A stretch of DNA of 32,000 bases, taken from Candidatus Paracaedimonas acanthamoebae. GTDB lineage: Bacteria > Pseudomonadota > Alphaproteobacteria > Caedimonadales > Caedimonadaceae. The notes beneath the pieces are model-generated. The model was given only the letters and a program-made list of their open reading frames with translations. It was not told the origin of the DNA and made no database searches. The translations under genes and the position numbers were made by a program. The stretch spans positions 210,001 to 242,000 of the forward strand of contig CP008936.1 in assembly GCA_000743035.1 (NCBI GenBank). Direction: 5' to 3'. Of this stretch, positions 1 to 9,825 are shown one piece after another (within the stretch, counting starts at the first letter, position 1; every line of letters starts with the position of its first letter).

Positions 1-82
1 AATTTTATCGTGATATTTTCATCATACTTATTGATTAATTTAGGTTTTTCCTGTTTGTCAGATAAAGACTCAAGAGTATTAT

Positions 83-952
83 TTAAGGCCACTCAACTTG
101 AGGTGGGAGTGACATCAAAATTGCGTCAATATTGCCGCCCGTTTGAAGCCCAAAACGAGTGCCACGATCATAAAGTAAATTGAATTCAACATAGCGCCCT
201 CGCCGCATAAGTTGATAACGTCGTTGTTCTGGTGTCCAACGCTCAAGCATACGACCACGCACAATATGAGGATACGTCTTTAAGAAAGCTTTTCCCACAT
301 CCTGAGTAAAGGCAAAATCATCCTGCCAGTTGCCTGTATTAAGATAGTCATAAAAAATGCCTCCAGCGCCACGAGGTTCTTGGCGATGAGGTAAATAGAA
401 ATATTCATCGCAAGCTTTTTTAAAGTCTGGATAATAAGTTGGATTATAAATGTCGCAAGTGTCTTTCAAAGCTTGATGAAAGAAGTCAACATCTTCTTTT
501 TGAGGATAATAAGGGGTTAAATCTAAGCCCCCTCCAAACCAAGCTTTTTGAGTCATAATATGGCGCGTATTCATATGAACAGCTGGTACCAAAGGAGAAC
601 ACATATGAGCCACAAGAGAAATCCCTGAAGCCCAAAAGATTGGGTCTTGCTCAGCTCCGGGTATTTCCCGACTAAATGCAGAATCAAATTCTCCCCAAAC
701 AGTTGAGATATTAACTCCAACTTTCTCAAATACGCAGCCATGCATTAAAGACATGACACCACCGCCACCACCTATCCGTTGCCAGGGAGTTTGAATAAAT
801 TTTCCTGGCTTCGTGCTGGGATGGTGAGAGGCATATTCTTCTTCGATGGCTTCAAAAACTTGGCAGATTTGATTCCTTAAAGTCTCAAACCAAAAACTAG
901 CTTTTGTTTGATGTTCGAGCGATAAATTCTGTTTAAGGGCGTGACTAAGCAT
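83..952 (-). CDS. hemF: Oxygen-dependent coproporphyrinogen III oxidase
   Basis: The ORF 83..985 translation is HemF-like over its full length (GGGGGVMSLMHG, WFGGGLDLTPYYP, PHRQEPRGAGGIFYDYL, RGRYVEFNLLYDRGTRFGL). Position 985 is a GTG with no SD. The in-frame ATG at 952 has AAGGA 7 nt upstream, so 952 is preferred. It overlaps the trmL stop by 8 nt. Confidence 0.92.
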   Translation of the reverse strand: MLSHALKQNLSLEHQTKASFWFETLRNQICQVFEAIEEEYASHHPSTKPGKFIQTPWQRIGGGGGVMSLMHGCVFEKVGVNISTVWGEFDSAFSREIPGAEQDPIFWASGISLVAHMCSPLVPAVHMNTRHIMTQKAWFGGGLDLTPYYPQKEDVDFFHQALKDTCDIYNPTYYPDFKKACDEYFYLPHRQEPRGAGGIFYDYLNTGNWQDDFAFTQDVGKAFLKTYPHIVRGRMLERWTPEQRRYQLMRRGRYVEFNLLYDRGTRFGLQTGGNIDAILMSLPPQVEWP

Positions 953-1397
953 GGGGGAATCCTTTTGTTTGACGAAGAGCTTCACCTAACACCATTGAAG
1001 CGGCTAAAGCGATATTAATAGAGCGACGTTTTGGAATCATTGGAATTTGAAGGAGATAAGGACATAGAACAGCGACTTCTTCGGGAACACCATCACTTTC
1101 ACGGCCAAGTAGCAATGTGTCATCTGATTGAAAAGCAAATTCATAATAAGGTGTGTGAGCGGTTGGGGTGAGAAGAATAAGTCGAGTCTGGCGATTATAA
1201 TAAAAATCTGACCAAGATGGATATCGATGATAATCGCATTCTTGAATATAATCCATTCCTGAACGTTGTAGCCGTTGATTAGAAAATACAAAGCCACAAG
1301 GTTCAATAATATCTATCCCCACATTGAGACAAGCTCCCAAACGCAGTAAGGTCCCAGTATTTTGAGGGATTTCAGGTTGATAAAGTGCAATTCTCAC
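945..1397 (-). CDS. trmL: tRNA (cytidine/uridine(34)-2'-O)-methyltransferase, SpoU/TrmL family
   Basis: The 150-aa product has a TrmL-type N-terminus (IALYQPEIPQNTGTLLRLGA) and a C-terminal SpoU knot motif (LLLGRESDGVP...SINIALAASMVL). It uses a GTG start and lies 3 nt downstream of the preceding gene's stop. Confidence 0.88.
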   Translation of the reverse strand: MRIALYQPEIPQNTGTLLRLGACLNVGIDIIEPCGFVFSNQRLQRSGMDYIQECDYHRYPSWSDFYYNRQTRLILLTPTAHTPYYEFAFQSDDTLLLGRESDGVPEEVAVLCPYLLQIPMIPKRRSINIALAASMVLGEALRQTKGFPHA

Positions 1398-1400
1398 GTT

Positions 1401-2447
1401 TTAAGTACCGACTTCCCAAAGTTTTAAGAAATTTTTGAGTGAAAATTTTGGTCTTTGTTGAAAAAAATGAGGGGGTTTTTGCATAATACCTTGAGACCAT
1501 ACGGCTTCAATACCCCACATCCCTTGTAAAGGAGAATCTAAGAGAGGATAACGCAAATCATAAAGTCGTACTTTAGTTTCTGAGCCAGTAGTAATAATTT
1601 CAGCAAACGTTTGATGCTCTGCAAACCATTCAAATGTTTTTCCAATAGATGATTGCTTAAGATAATTAATTTGAGGAACATTAGGTTCTTGAGCGCATTG
1701 CCATGTTAATGGATGGGTGATGAGAGTATTGACTTCTGTGACGCAGATATTTCGCCCTTCACGCGCCACGACATGGCGTCTGTAAGGTTGAAATAGAAGA
1801 GGATAACTTTGGACATCCGAAATTGATTGATTGCGTGCATTCAAGTCTTCTTGTGCGTATGCAAGCGCTTTGTTATTCAAATGCCATCCATAAAAAAGGA
1901 AGGATGTTGAAAAAAGAAGAGCTGTAATGGATAAGGGCTGAGCAAGCGCGAGAGGTTGTCCTTTTGACCTAAAGATACCTATCAGCACTGAGAGAAAAAG
2001 TGGAAGAGTATATCGCCAATCAATGATAGAGACAGCATTAATAGCATATCGTTGATTTGAAAATGGTGCCAATAATTGTGTTCCATAACCTGTAAATAGA
2101 TCGAGCAGTGGGTGTGTAATAAGAACTAAGCTCATAAGCAACATCCAAGAGAATAAACATTCGCGGCTTCCTTGCGGATGCTTATAAAGACGGCGCTTTC
2201 TTGTATAATGGCGCCAAATGAAGTAACCAAGAAGCATGCCTACTAAGGGGCCAAACCAAAGAGAATGGGTGATGCCTCGATGATATTTTAAATTGGCAAT
2301 AGGATCCGTAATATACCCAATGATAACATCAAGATCAGGAACAAGCGCACCTAAACTTCCCCAAAGAAGAGCAGGACGACCAAGTTTTTTCCGGAAGCCA
2401 GCTTGACCAATAGTGGCACCTAAAAGGCTATGTGTGACGAGATCCAT
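1401..2447 (-). CDS. Membrane-bound metal-dependent hydrolase, YdjM/YbcI (DUF457) family
   Basis: The N-terminus MDLVTHSLLGATIGQAG...PDLDVI and the HRGITHSL motif are typical of DUF457 inner-membrane hydrolases. Several hydrophobic segments are followed by a soluble C-terminal half. Confidence 0.7.
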   Translation of the reverse strand: MDLVTHSLLGATIGQAGFRKKLGRPALLWGSLGALVPDLDVIIGYITDPIANLKYHRGITHSLWFGPLVGMLLGYFIWRHYTRKRRLYKHPQGSRECLFSWMLLMSLVLITHPLLDLFTGYGTQLLAPFSNQRYAINAVSIIDWRYTLPLFLSVLIGIFRSKGQPLALAQPLSITALLFSTSFLFYGWHLNNKALAYAQEDLNARNQSISDVQSYPLLFQPYRRHVVAREGRNICVTEVNTLITHPLTWQCAQEPNVPQINYLKQSSIGKTFEWFAEHQTFAEIITTGSETKVRLYDLRYPLLDSPLQGMWGIEAVWSQGIMQKPPHFFQQRPKFSLKNFLKLWEVGT

Positions 2448-2455
2448 TCAAAATA

Positions 2456-3721
2456 TTACCCCAACCAATATAAAATTCCAACGATTGTACCACTCATGCA
2501 GCTTGACAACGTACCTGCAATAACAGCTTTAAACCCGAGAGCAATAATTTCATTTCTTCTCTCTGGCGCCATGGTTCCCAAACCTCCAATTTGAATGCCA
2601 ATACTGGAGAGATTGGCAAAGCCACAGAGAGCATAAACCATAATAAGATCGCTATGTTTGCTTAAAAGTTCTTTTGGTAACGCAGCAAGCTCAATAAAAG
2701 CAATAACTTCATTTAAGACAGTTTTTGTGCCTAGGAGATTTCCGGCAATACTTGCTTCATTCCACGAAATGCCCATCAGCCACGTCACCGGAGACATCAT
2801 AAAACCAAAAATACGTTGTAGAGTTATAGGGGAGCCTGCAATATTTGGAAGTGATTCTAAAATTGTATTAACAAGCGCAACAAGAGCTAAGGTTGCAATT
2901 AGCATGGCAATAATATTTAAGTAAAGTTTCATACCATCGCTAGCACCTTGAGAAATTGCATCCATTGAGCCTGAAAAATTATAAGGATTCACCAGTTCTC
3001 CGCTTGAGGATGTCTCCTCTTGAGGGACCATAAGTCGGGAGATAGTAATGGCTGCAGGAATGCTAATGATTGAAGCTGTTAGGATATGACTAATGGGATT
3101 AGCCACAGTATTTTCGAGAATAGTGCTATATATCACCATAATAGAAGCAGAAGTTGTTGCCATCCCTGCAGTCATTACTGAAAATAACTCACTACGACTT
3201 AATTTTGTGAAATAAGGTCGAATTAGAAGCGGAGCTTCAGTTTGGCCCAAAAATACTTTTGCAGCAGAGCAAACACCAAGAGCCCCTCCAACATTTAAAG
3301 TGCGTTGTAAAGCCCAAGAAAATCCTCGTACAAGAAAAGGCAAAACACGCCAATGAAAAAGGAGCATTGAAATAGCGCTAATCACAATCAGCATGGGAAG
3401 TGCTTGGAAAGCAAATATAAAAGTTGAAGCACCATCACATAAAGAAAAAGGAGTTTCTCCTCCTCCAAGATAGCCAAAAACAAATCTAGTAGCCTCACAA
3501 GTCGCATTTTTTAAAGCTCCAATCCCCTTACTTACAAGAAGGAAGGCTTCGTTGATGATACCAACTTTCATAATAAGAAAGGCAAAAGTGAATTGAATGA
3601 AAACGCCAATAAAAGCGAATTTTAGATTAACATTTTTACGATTTTCACTAATAAGCCATGAGAAAAATAAAAAGACAGAGAGCCCAAAAATTGCTTGAAG
3701 TATAGGCATGAGTGAGGTCAT
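2456..3721 (-). CDS. nupC: NupC/NupG-family concentrative nucleoside transporter
   Basis: A 421-aa polytopic membrane protein with the CNT-family pattern (GTKTVLNEVIAF, ALCGFANLSSIGIQIGG, GTLSSCMSGTIVG). The ATG at 3719-3721 was verified. Confidence 0.85.
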   Translation of the reverse strand: MTSLMPILQAIFGLSVFLFFSWLISENRKNVNLKFAFIGVFIQFTFAFLIMKVGIINEAFLLVSKGIGALKNATCEATRFVFGYLGGGETPFSLCDGASTFIFAFQALPMLIVISAISMLLFHWRVLPFLVRGFSWALQRTLNVGGALGVCSAAKVFLGQTEAPLLIRPYFTKLSRSELFSVMTAGMATTSASIMVIYSTILENTVANPISHILTASIISIPAAITISRLMVPQEETSSSGELVNPYNFSGSMDAISQGASDGMKLYLNIIAMLIATLALVALVNTILESLPNIAGSPITLQRIFGFMMSPVTWLMGISWNEASIAGNLLGTKTVLNEVIAFIELAALPKELLSKHSDLIMVYALCGFANLSSIGIQIGGLGTMAPERRNEIIALGFKAVIAGTLSSCMSGTIVGILYWLG

Positions 3722-3875
3722 TAAAATCTCCCAAAGTGCAAAAATTAAGCTAATTTTAGACCCATATAGACTTATTCATTAGAGTAGTCCATATTGCTTA
3801 ATAACGTAAAGTCAACATTTATGCAAACTATTTGAGCTTATTCAAAAAGGGCGTAGAAAATAAGGAATCCATTTT

Positions 3876-5273
3876 ATGGAGAAATTAATTTTTGTTTCTT
3901 TGGTGAGTTTGTGCGTCGGGTCTCTTGTAACTTTTTTAATCTTATGGCGTGTCTTTCGCCATCAATATCAAGAGCTCAAAAATGAGATATTTGAGACACG
4001 GATAGAGCGTACTCAGCTTGAGGTGAAGAGCCGAGAATCACAAATACGCACGGCAGAGCTTGAGGCGATTTTGCATCAAGAACGACAACAATTTTCAGAA
4101 AAACTTACTCTCCTTGAACAAGCGAAAGCCGAGCTTTCAAACTCCTTCCACGCCCTCTCAGCTCAAGCTCTTGAGCGAAATAATCGAACCTTTTTAGATC
4201 TTGCAAAAAGCACTTTTGAGCGACTGCAAGAAAATGCAAAGGGAGAATTAAAAGAAAAACAACAAGCCATCCATGAGTTGCTGGCTCCTATTAAAACATC
4301 TCTCTCAAGTGTTGATCAAAAGCTTGATGCTCTTGAGAGAACAAGGATTAGTACATTTGAAGTTTTACGCCACCAAATTCATGAATTAGCTGTCACGCAA
4401 AAAGATCTACGTCTTGAGACGGCAAATCTCGTGAAAGCCTTAAAAACACCTCACATACGAGGGCGATGGGGAGAAATGCAATTAAGACGCGTTGTCGAGA
4501 TGAGCGGGATGAGTTCACATTGTGATTTTGTAGAGCAAAACACGATTGTTGTCGATGAAACGCGTTTCCGTCCGGATATGATCGTTAATCTTCCAGGAGG
4601 AAAGAAAATTGTTATTGATGCAAAAGCTCCACTTGCTGCCTATCTTGCTTCTTTAGAGGCCTCCGATGAGAGCCAGCGACAAACCTGCTTAAAGGACCAT
4701 GCGCGCCAAGTGCGAGCTCATATTCAAGAATTAAGCCAGCGGTCCTATTGGGATCAATTTAAAAACTCTGAGACACCTGAATTTGTAATTTTATTCCTTC
4801 CTGGGGAAACATTTTTTAGTGCGGCTTTAGAACAAGATCCAACTCTCATTGAAATGGGAGTTGAGCGAAAAGTCATGCTCGCAACCCCATCAACCTTGAT
4901 TGCCTTGTTGCATGCGATCGCTTATGGATGGCGTCAGGAAGCTCTCGCTGAAAATGCGCGAGAAATTAGCCAAGAGGGACGAGACTTATATAAAAGACTA
5001 TCCGATATGGGAAGTCATATTGCACGTCTCGGTCAGACAATTAATGGAACGGTTAAAGCCTATAATAGTACGGTTGCTTCTTTGGAGAGCCGCGTTTTGC
5101 CGAGTGCTCGTCGTCTTAAATCTCTGGAGGTTGCAAATTCTCTTGAAGAAATGCCTGTACTTCCGCAAATTGAGAGTGTAACACGAGAGGTGCAAGCCAT
5201 AGAGCTAAAGAAAGGTATACCAGATGAGAACCTTTCTAAAAGGCCTCAGCTTGTTGTTTCAGGGGAAAAATGA
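3876..5273 (+). CDS. rmuC: DNA recombination protein RmuC
   Basis: An N-terminal TM helix and long coiled coil are followed by the RmuC nuclease-like domain (RGRWGEMQLRRVVEMSGM, DAKAPLAAY, FVILFLPGE). An AAGGAA SD lies upstream of the ATG. Confidence 0.9.
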   Translation: MEKLIFVSLVSLCVGSLVTFLILWRVFRHQYQELKNEIFETRIERTQLEVKSRESQIRTAELEAILHQERQQFSEKLTLLEQAKAELSNSFHALSAQALERNNRTFLDLAKSTFERLQENAKGELKEKQQAIHELLAPIKTSLSSVDQKLDALERTRISTFEVLRHQIHELAVTQKDLRLETANLVKALKTPHIRGRWGEMQLRRVVEMSGMSSHCDFVEQNTIVVDETRFRPDMIVNLPGGKKIVIDAKAPLAAYLASLEASDESQRQTCLKDHARQVRAHIQELSQRSYWDQFKNSETPEFVILFLPGETFFSAALEQDPTLIEMGVERKVMLATPSTLIALLHAIAYGWRQEALAENAREISQEGRDLYKRLSDMGSHIARLGQTINGTVKAYNSTVASLESRVLPSARRLKSLEVANSLEEMPVLPQIESVTREVQAIELKKGIPDENLSKRPQLVVSGEK

Positions 5274-5296
5274 AAGTGGAGACTGTAAAATAGTTC

Positions 5297-5836
5297 ATGG
5301 ATAGTTTCGAGCTCAATAAAATATTGTGTGCGATTCTCCTTGCTTTGCTTATTGGGATGGTAAGTCACAAAATCGCAGATTGGCTTATTGCACCAACTTG
5401 GCTTGCTAAGGATATTTATCAAATTGACGTCACGGAAGAAAATGCGTCGCAATCTGTGTCAGCCACAGGAGAAGAAGTGATAGAGGCTGTTGAGCCACTT
5501 CTCGCGAAAGCTAGTGCTGAAAATGGCCAAAATATTGCAAAAAAGTGTTTGCAGTGTCACACTTTTGAAAAAGGAGGGGCAAATAAAGTTGGGCCAAATC
5601 TTTGGAATATCGTTGGAAACAAAGTTGCCCATTCAGATAGTTTTGCTTATTCTTCTGCTTTTAAAGGGCATAAGGGAGAATGGACTTATGAAAACTTGAG
5701 TCATTATCTCTATAAACCTCAAAAATTTATACCAGGAACAAAAATGGCCTTTGCTGGTCTTAAAAAAGGACAAGAGCGAGCGGATCTTATCGCATATCTA
5801 CGAACGTTGAGTGATACTCCAAAACCATTACCTTAA
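5297..5836 (+). CDS. cycM: Membrane-anchored class I (mitochondrial-type) cytochrome c, CycM-like
   Basis: An N-terminal hydrophobic anchor (ILCAILLALLIGMV) is followed by a C-terminal cytochrome c domain. That domain has the CLQCH haem-binding motif, GPNLWNIVG, and GTKMAFAGLKK with the Met ligand. Confidence 0.85.
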   Translation: MDSFELNKILCAILLALLIGMVSHKIADWLIAPTWLAKDIYQIDVTEENASQSVSATGEEVIEAVEPLLAKASAENGQNIAKKCLQCHTFEKGGANKVGPNLWNIVGNKVAHSDSFAYSSAFKGHKGEWTYENLSHYLYKPQKFIPGTKMAFAGLKKGQERADLIAYLRTLSDTPKPLP

Positions 5837-5845
5837 AGGAAAAGT

Positions 5846-7672
5846 ATGTTTAAAAAGTGCACGCGCTATATCGTTTTTATGTTACATTTAATCGGCCAAC
5901 TAGCTCAGGCTCAAGAGGAAACACAACCTCTTTATGGTATCTCTTTATATGGTGAACCTTTAAAATATTCTCAATATTTCAAACATTACTCTTATGTTAA
6001 TGCAAAGGCTCCCAAGGGTGGAACATTTAACTTTGGTATTCAAGGGACATTCGATAGTTTTAATCCTTTTGTCGTAAAGGGACAACCTGCAGCAGGAATA
6101 ACGTACTTGTATCCATCTTTGTTGTTCGTTACCTTAACAGCTCCATCTTATGATGAGCCGTCGTCTGTTTACTGTTATGCAGCTGAATCTGTAGAAATTT
6201 CACCAGATAGAACATGGATTATTTTCACGATGCGGGAAAGGATAAGCTTTCATGATGGGTCTCCTTTAACCGTCGATGATGTCATTTATAGTTTTAATAC
6301 CTTAAGAGACCAAGGCCAGCCTTTTTATAAAGCGTATTATCAAGATGTTTTAAAAGTTGAAAAGTTGGATTCTCGATGCCTTAAATTTATTTTACGGCCT
6401 GATGCAAGTAAGGAAATAATACAAATTATTGGGCAGTTTCCTATTATTTCCAAAGCATTTTATACAAAACATGGTTTTGAGAAAGCTGATCTTACGCCAC
6501 CTTTAGGAAATGGGCCTTATAAAATTAGCCATTTTAAACCAGGTGATACAGTCACTTATAAGCGTGTTAAAGGCTGGTGGGGAGAAAATCTTCCAATCAA
6601 TGTGGGACGTTATAATTTTGATCATATCATTTATAAATATTATCGTGATGACACTGTTATGTTCGAATCCTTCAAACGAGGAGATTATGATTTGAGGCTA
6701 GAAAACTCTTCGAAAAGGTGGGCTGAAGAGTATAAATTTCCTGCAGTCCAAGAAGGAAAAATTATTCAACAAGAAGTTGAAAGCAAGAATCCTGAGATAA
6801 TGCAGGCTCTCGCTTACAATCTTCGTCGCCCTCTTTTCCAGGATATCAGAGTTCGCAAAGCATTAAGTTATTTTCTTGATTTTGAATGGCTTAATGAGAA
6901 TATTTTTCATCATGCTTATGCGAGGCTCCAAAGCTATTTTCAAGGATCCGAGCTTGCTTCTTCAGGTGTTCCTTCGCAGGCAGAACTAGAAATCCTTGAG
7001 AGATATCGTGGTAAAATTCCGGGAGAAATTTTTACGAGCGAATATAAAGCGCCAAAAACAGATGGATCAGGGAATATTCGTCAAAATCTCAATGACGCTA
7101 AAAAACTCTTTGAGCAAGCTGGTTGGATCATTAAAAATGGCGTGATGACACATCGTGAATCAGGGCAGCCTTTTGGGTTCGAAATTCTTATAGCTGCTCC
7201 TAATTTAGAAAGGCCTCTTCAAGGGTTTGTAAAGAATCTGAAACGTTTGGGCATCAATGCAAAAATACGGATTGTTGATACAGCTCAATATATGAGACGG
7301 CTCGATACATTTGATTATGATATGATCTTTATGCTTTGGCCTCAAAGTATCTCTCCGGGGAATGAACAACGTGAATTTTGGTCTTCTTCACGTGCTGATA
7401 TTCAAGGAAGCAAAAATTATGCAGGCGTGAAAGATCCCGTCATTGATGAAGTTATTGAAAAATTGATTGTCGCAACCACTCGCACAGATTTAATCAATTA
7501 TTGTCGAGTTTTAGATCGTCTCTTATTGTGGGGGCATTATGTCATCCCTGCATGGTATCGAGAAAAAGATACAATCGCTTACTGGAAAAGATTAAAACAG
7601 CCTGAAATAATACCACCTTATGGAATAGATCTTTATGCATGGTGGAGTGCTGATGCTGAAAAGGCGAGTTAA
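5846..7672 (+). CDS. yejA: ABC transporter periplasmic substrate-binding protein, family 5 (YejA-like, peptide/microcin C type)
   Basis: A 608-aa protein with a signal peptide (LHLIGQLAQAQ) and SBP_bac_5-like sequence. It sits immediately upstream of the yejB/yejE/yejF homologues. Confidence 0.85.
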   Translation: MFKKCTRYIVFMLHLIGQLAQAQEETQPLYGISLYGEPLKYSQYFKHYSYVNAKAPKGGTFNFGIQGTFDSFNPFVVKGQPAAGITYLYPSLLFVTLTAPSYDEPSSVYCYAAESVEISPDRTWIIFTMRERISFHDGSPLTVDDVIYSFNTLRDQGQPFYKAYYQDVLKVEKLDSRCLKFILRPDASKEIIQIIGQFPIISKAFYTKHGFEKADLTPPLGNGPYKISHFKPGDTVTYKRVKGWWGENLPINVGRYNFDHIIYKYYRDDTVMFESFKRGDYDLRLENSSKRWAEEYKFPAVQEGKIIQQEVESKNPEIMQALAYNLRRPLFQDIRVRKALSYFLDFEWLNENIFHHAYARLQSYFQGSELASSGVPSQAELEILERYRGKIPGEIFTSEYKAPKTDGSGNIRQNLNDAKKLFEQAGWIIKNGVMTHRESGQPFGFEILIAAPNLERPLQGFVKNLKRLGINAKIRIVDTAQYMRRLDTFDYDMIFMLWPQSISPGNEQREFWSSSRADIQGSKNYAGVKDPVIDEVIEKLIVATTRTDLINYCRVLDRLLLWGHYVIPAWYREKDTIAYWKRLKQPEIIPPYGIDLYAWWSADAEKAS

Positions 7673-7678
7673 TTTTTA

Positions 7679-8791
7679 ATGATGATTTCCTACATTATTC
7701 GCCGCCTTTTTCTCATTTTACCAACTTTGTTTGGTATTCTCTTGGTTAATTTTATTATCATTCAGGCAGCACCAGGGGGCCCTGTTGAACAGATGATCGC
7801 TAAAATCAAGGGAACAGCAGTGGATGCAACAGCTCGTTTTACAGGAGGTGGCGCGGATACCTTTCAAATCTCTCAGTTGAATGATTCACAAACAGGAGGA
7901 GTGGAGAGCAAATATCGTGGAGCACGCGGCCTTGATCCGGAGTTTATTAAAAAACTCGAGAAAATGTATGGTTTTGATAAACCAGCGTCTGAGCGCTTTT
8001 GGTTAATGGTTAAAAATTATGCGACTCTCAATTTTGGTGACAGTTATTTCCGGGATGTGTCCGTTGTTCAGTTAATTAAACAAAAGCTTCCTGTTTCTGT
8101 TTCTTTAGGATTTTGGTCAACACTCATTATTTATCTTGTTTCCATCCCTCTAGGGATTCGAAAAGCTGTGAAAGATGGCTCGGCTTTCGATATTTGGACC
8201 AGTGCAGCCATTATTATCGGGTATGCCATTCCTAGTTTTCTTTTTGCGATTCTTCTGATTGTAGTATTTGCAGGAGGTAGTTTTTGGGATCTGTTCCCTT
8301 TAAGAGGACTGGTGTCGGAAAATTGGGATCAATTATCATGGGGGCAACGAATTTTGGATTATCTGTGGCACATGGTCTTGCCTATTATTTCTGTCGTTGT
8401 GACTGGATTTGCAGGCCTTACTTTATTAACCAAAAATTCTTTTCTTGAAGAGATTAATAAGCAATATGTCTTAACCGCTCGTGCAAAAGGCATGGATGAA
8501 AAAACAATCCTTTATGGTCACGTTTTTCGAAATGCAATGCTTATTGTTGTCTCTGGAATTCCTGCCGCTATCGTGCATATCTTTTTTACAAGTTCGTTAT
8601 TGATTGAGGTCATATTTTCTTTAGATGGATTGGGACTTCTTGGGTTTGAAACGGCAATTTCAAGAGATTACCCTGTCGTTTTTGGGTCACTTTTTATGTT
8701 TACTTTGCTTGGGCTTATTTTCCACCTCATCGGCGATATAACATACATGATAATAGATCCAAGAATTGATTTTGAAAAAAGAATAGGTTGA
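7679..8791 (+). CDS. yejB: ABC transporter permease, YejB-like
   Basis: The N-terminus [36 protein letters not shown] and the long periplasmic insert are characteristic of YejB. It has a BPD-transporter EAA-like region, and its stop overlaps the next gene's start (TTGA). Confidence 0.88.
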   Translation: MMISYIIRRLFLILPTLFGILLVNFIIIQAAPGGPVEQMIAKIKGTAVDATARFTGGGADTFQISQLNDSQTGGVESKYRGARGLDPEFIKKLEKMYGFDKPASERFWLMVKNYATLNFGDSYFRDVSVVQLIKQKLPVSVSLGFWSTLIIYLVSIPLGIRKAVKDGSAFDIWTSAAIIIGYAIPSFLFAILLIVVFAGGSFWDLFPLRGLVSENWDQLSWGQRILDYLWHMVLPIISVVVTGFAGLTLLTKNSFLEEINKQYVLTARAKGMDEKTILYGHVFRNAMLIVVSGIPAAIVHIFFTSSLLIEVIFSLDGLGLLGFETAISRDYPVVFGSLFMFTLLGLIFHLIGDITYMIIDPRIDFEKRIG

Positions 8792-9825
8792 TTGTGAAAG
8801 TTAAATTCTCGCCTCTTACACTTAAAAGATGGCAGCATTTCCATGCTAATCGTCGTGCTTTTTGGTCTTTATGGATTTTCTTGACCTTATTTATTTTAAG
8901 TCTTTTTGCAGAGTTTATTGCGAATGATAAACCACTCGTTATTGTTTATAATAAGAGCATTTACCTTCCTATCCTTAAATTTTACCCAGAGCAAACTTTT
9001 GGGGGGGATTTCGAGACAGAGGCTGATTATAGAGACCCTTACATTCAAGAAAAAATTAAAGAAAAAGGATGGATGATTTGGCCGCCTATACGTTATAGGT
9101 ATGATACAATAAATTATGATCTTCCAACGCCTGCCCCTTCGAAACCCACTCATGAAAATTTGTTAGGAACAGATGATCAAGGGCGCGATGTCCTTGCTCG
9201 CCTTATTTATGGTTTTCGCATATCCGTTCTTTTTGGGCTTATTCTAACATTTATAAGTTCAATCATTGGTGTGTTCGTGGGGGGAATTCAAGGTTATTTT
9301 GGAGGAACAGTAGACCTTGTTTGTCAACGTATTATCGAGATATGGTCTGGTTTACCAGTGCTCTATCTATTAATCATTATGGGGAGCTTTGTTGAACCAA
9401 ATTTTTGGTGGCTTTTAGGGCTAATGCTGCTTTTTAGTTGGATGGCGCTTGTAAGCCTTGTTCGGGCTGAATTTTTAAGAGCGCGTAACTTTGATTATGT
9501 GAAAGCGGCCAAGGCTCTTGGTGGCTCAACTTTTCATATTATGTTTCGACATGTTCTTCCTAATGCCATGGTCGCTACCTTGACGTATTTGCCTTTTATC
9601 TTAAATGGTGCGATTACAACGCTAACGTCATTAGACTTCTTAGGTTTTGGATTGCCGCCCGGTTCACCATCTTTAGGCGAAATGCTAGCTCAAGGAAAAA
9701 ATAATCTTCATGCTCCTTGGCTTGGTATGACAGCATTTTTTTCGGTTGCTGTTATGCTTGCCTTGCTTATATTGATCGGAGAGGGGGTCCGAGACGCCTT
9801 TGATCCAAGAAAGGTTAAATTTTAA
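8788..9825 (+). CDS. yejE: ABC transporter permease, YejE-like
   Basis: The sequence is OppC/DppC-like ([26 protein letters not shown]). It has a TTG start overlapping the yejB stop; a GTG at 8794 is an alternative. Its stop overlaps the yejF ATG (TAATG). Confidence 0.85.
   Translation: MIVKVKFSPLTLKRWQHFHANRRAFWSLWIFLTLFILSLFAEFIANDKPLVIVYNKSIYLPILKFYPEQTFGGDFETEADYRDPYIQEKIKEKGWMIWPPIRYRYDTINYDLPTPAPSKPTHENLLGTDDQGRDVLARLIYGFRISVLFGLILTFISSIIGVFVGGIQGYFGGTVDLVCQRIIEIWSGLPVLYLLIIMGSFVEPNFWWLLGLMLLFSWMALVSLVRAEFLRARNFDYVKAAKALGGSTFHIMFRHVLPNAMVATLTYLPFILNGAITTLTSLDFLGFGLPPGSPSLGEMLAQGKNNLHAPWLGMTAFFSVAVMLALLILIGEGVRDAFDPRKVKF

Noticed and set aside
1-82. Possible 3' tail of a plus-strand gene ending at the TAA at 34-36 (..FYRDIFIILID*), or a frame-1 ORF open from the window edge to ~183.
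   Set aside because: Too little sequence is visible to recognise anything. The frame-1 ORF would overlap hemF by 100 nt and looks non-protein-like. No call was made.
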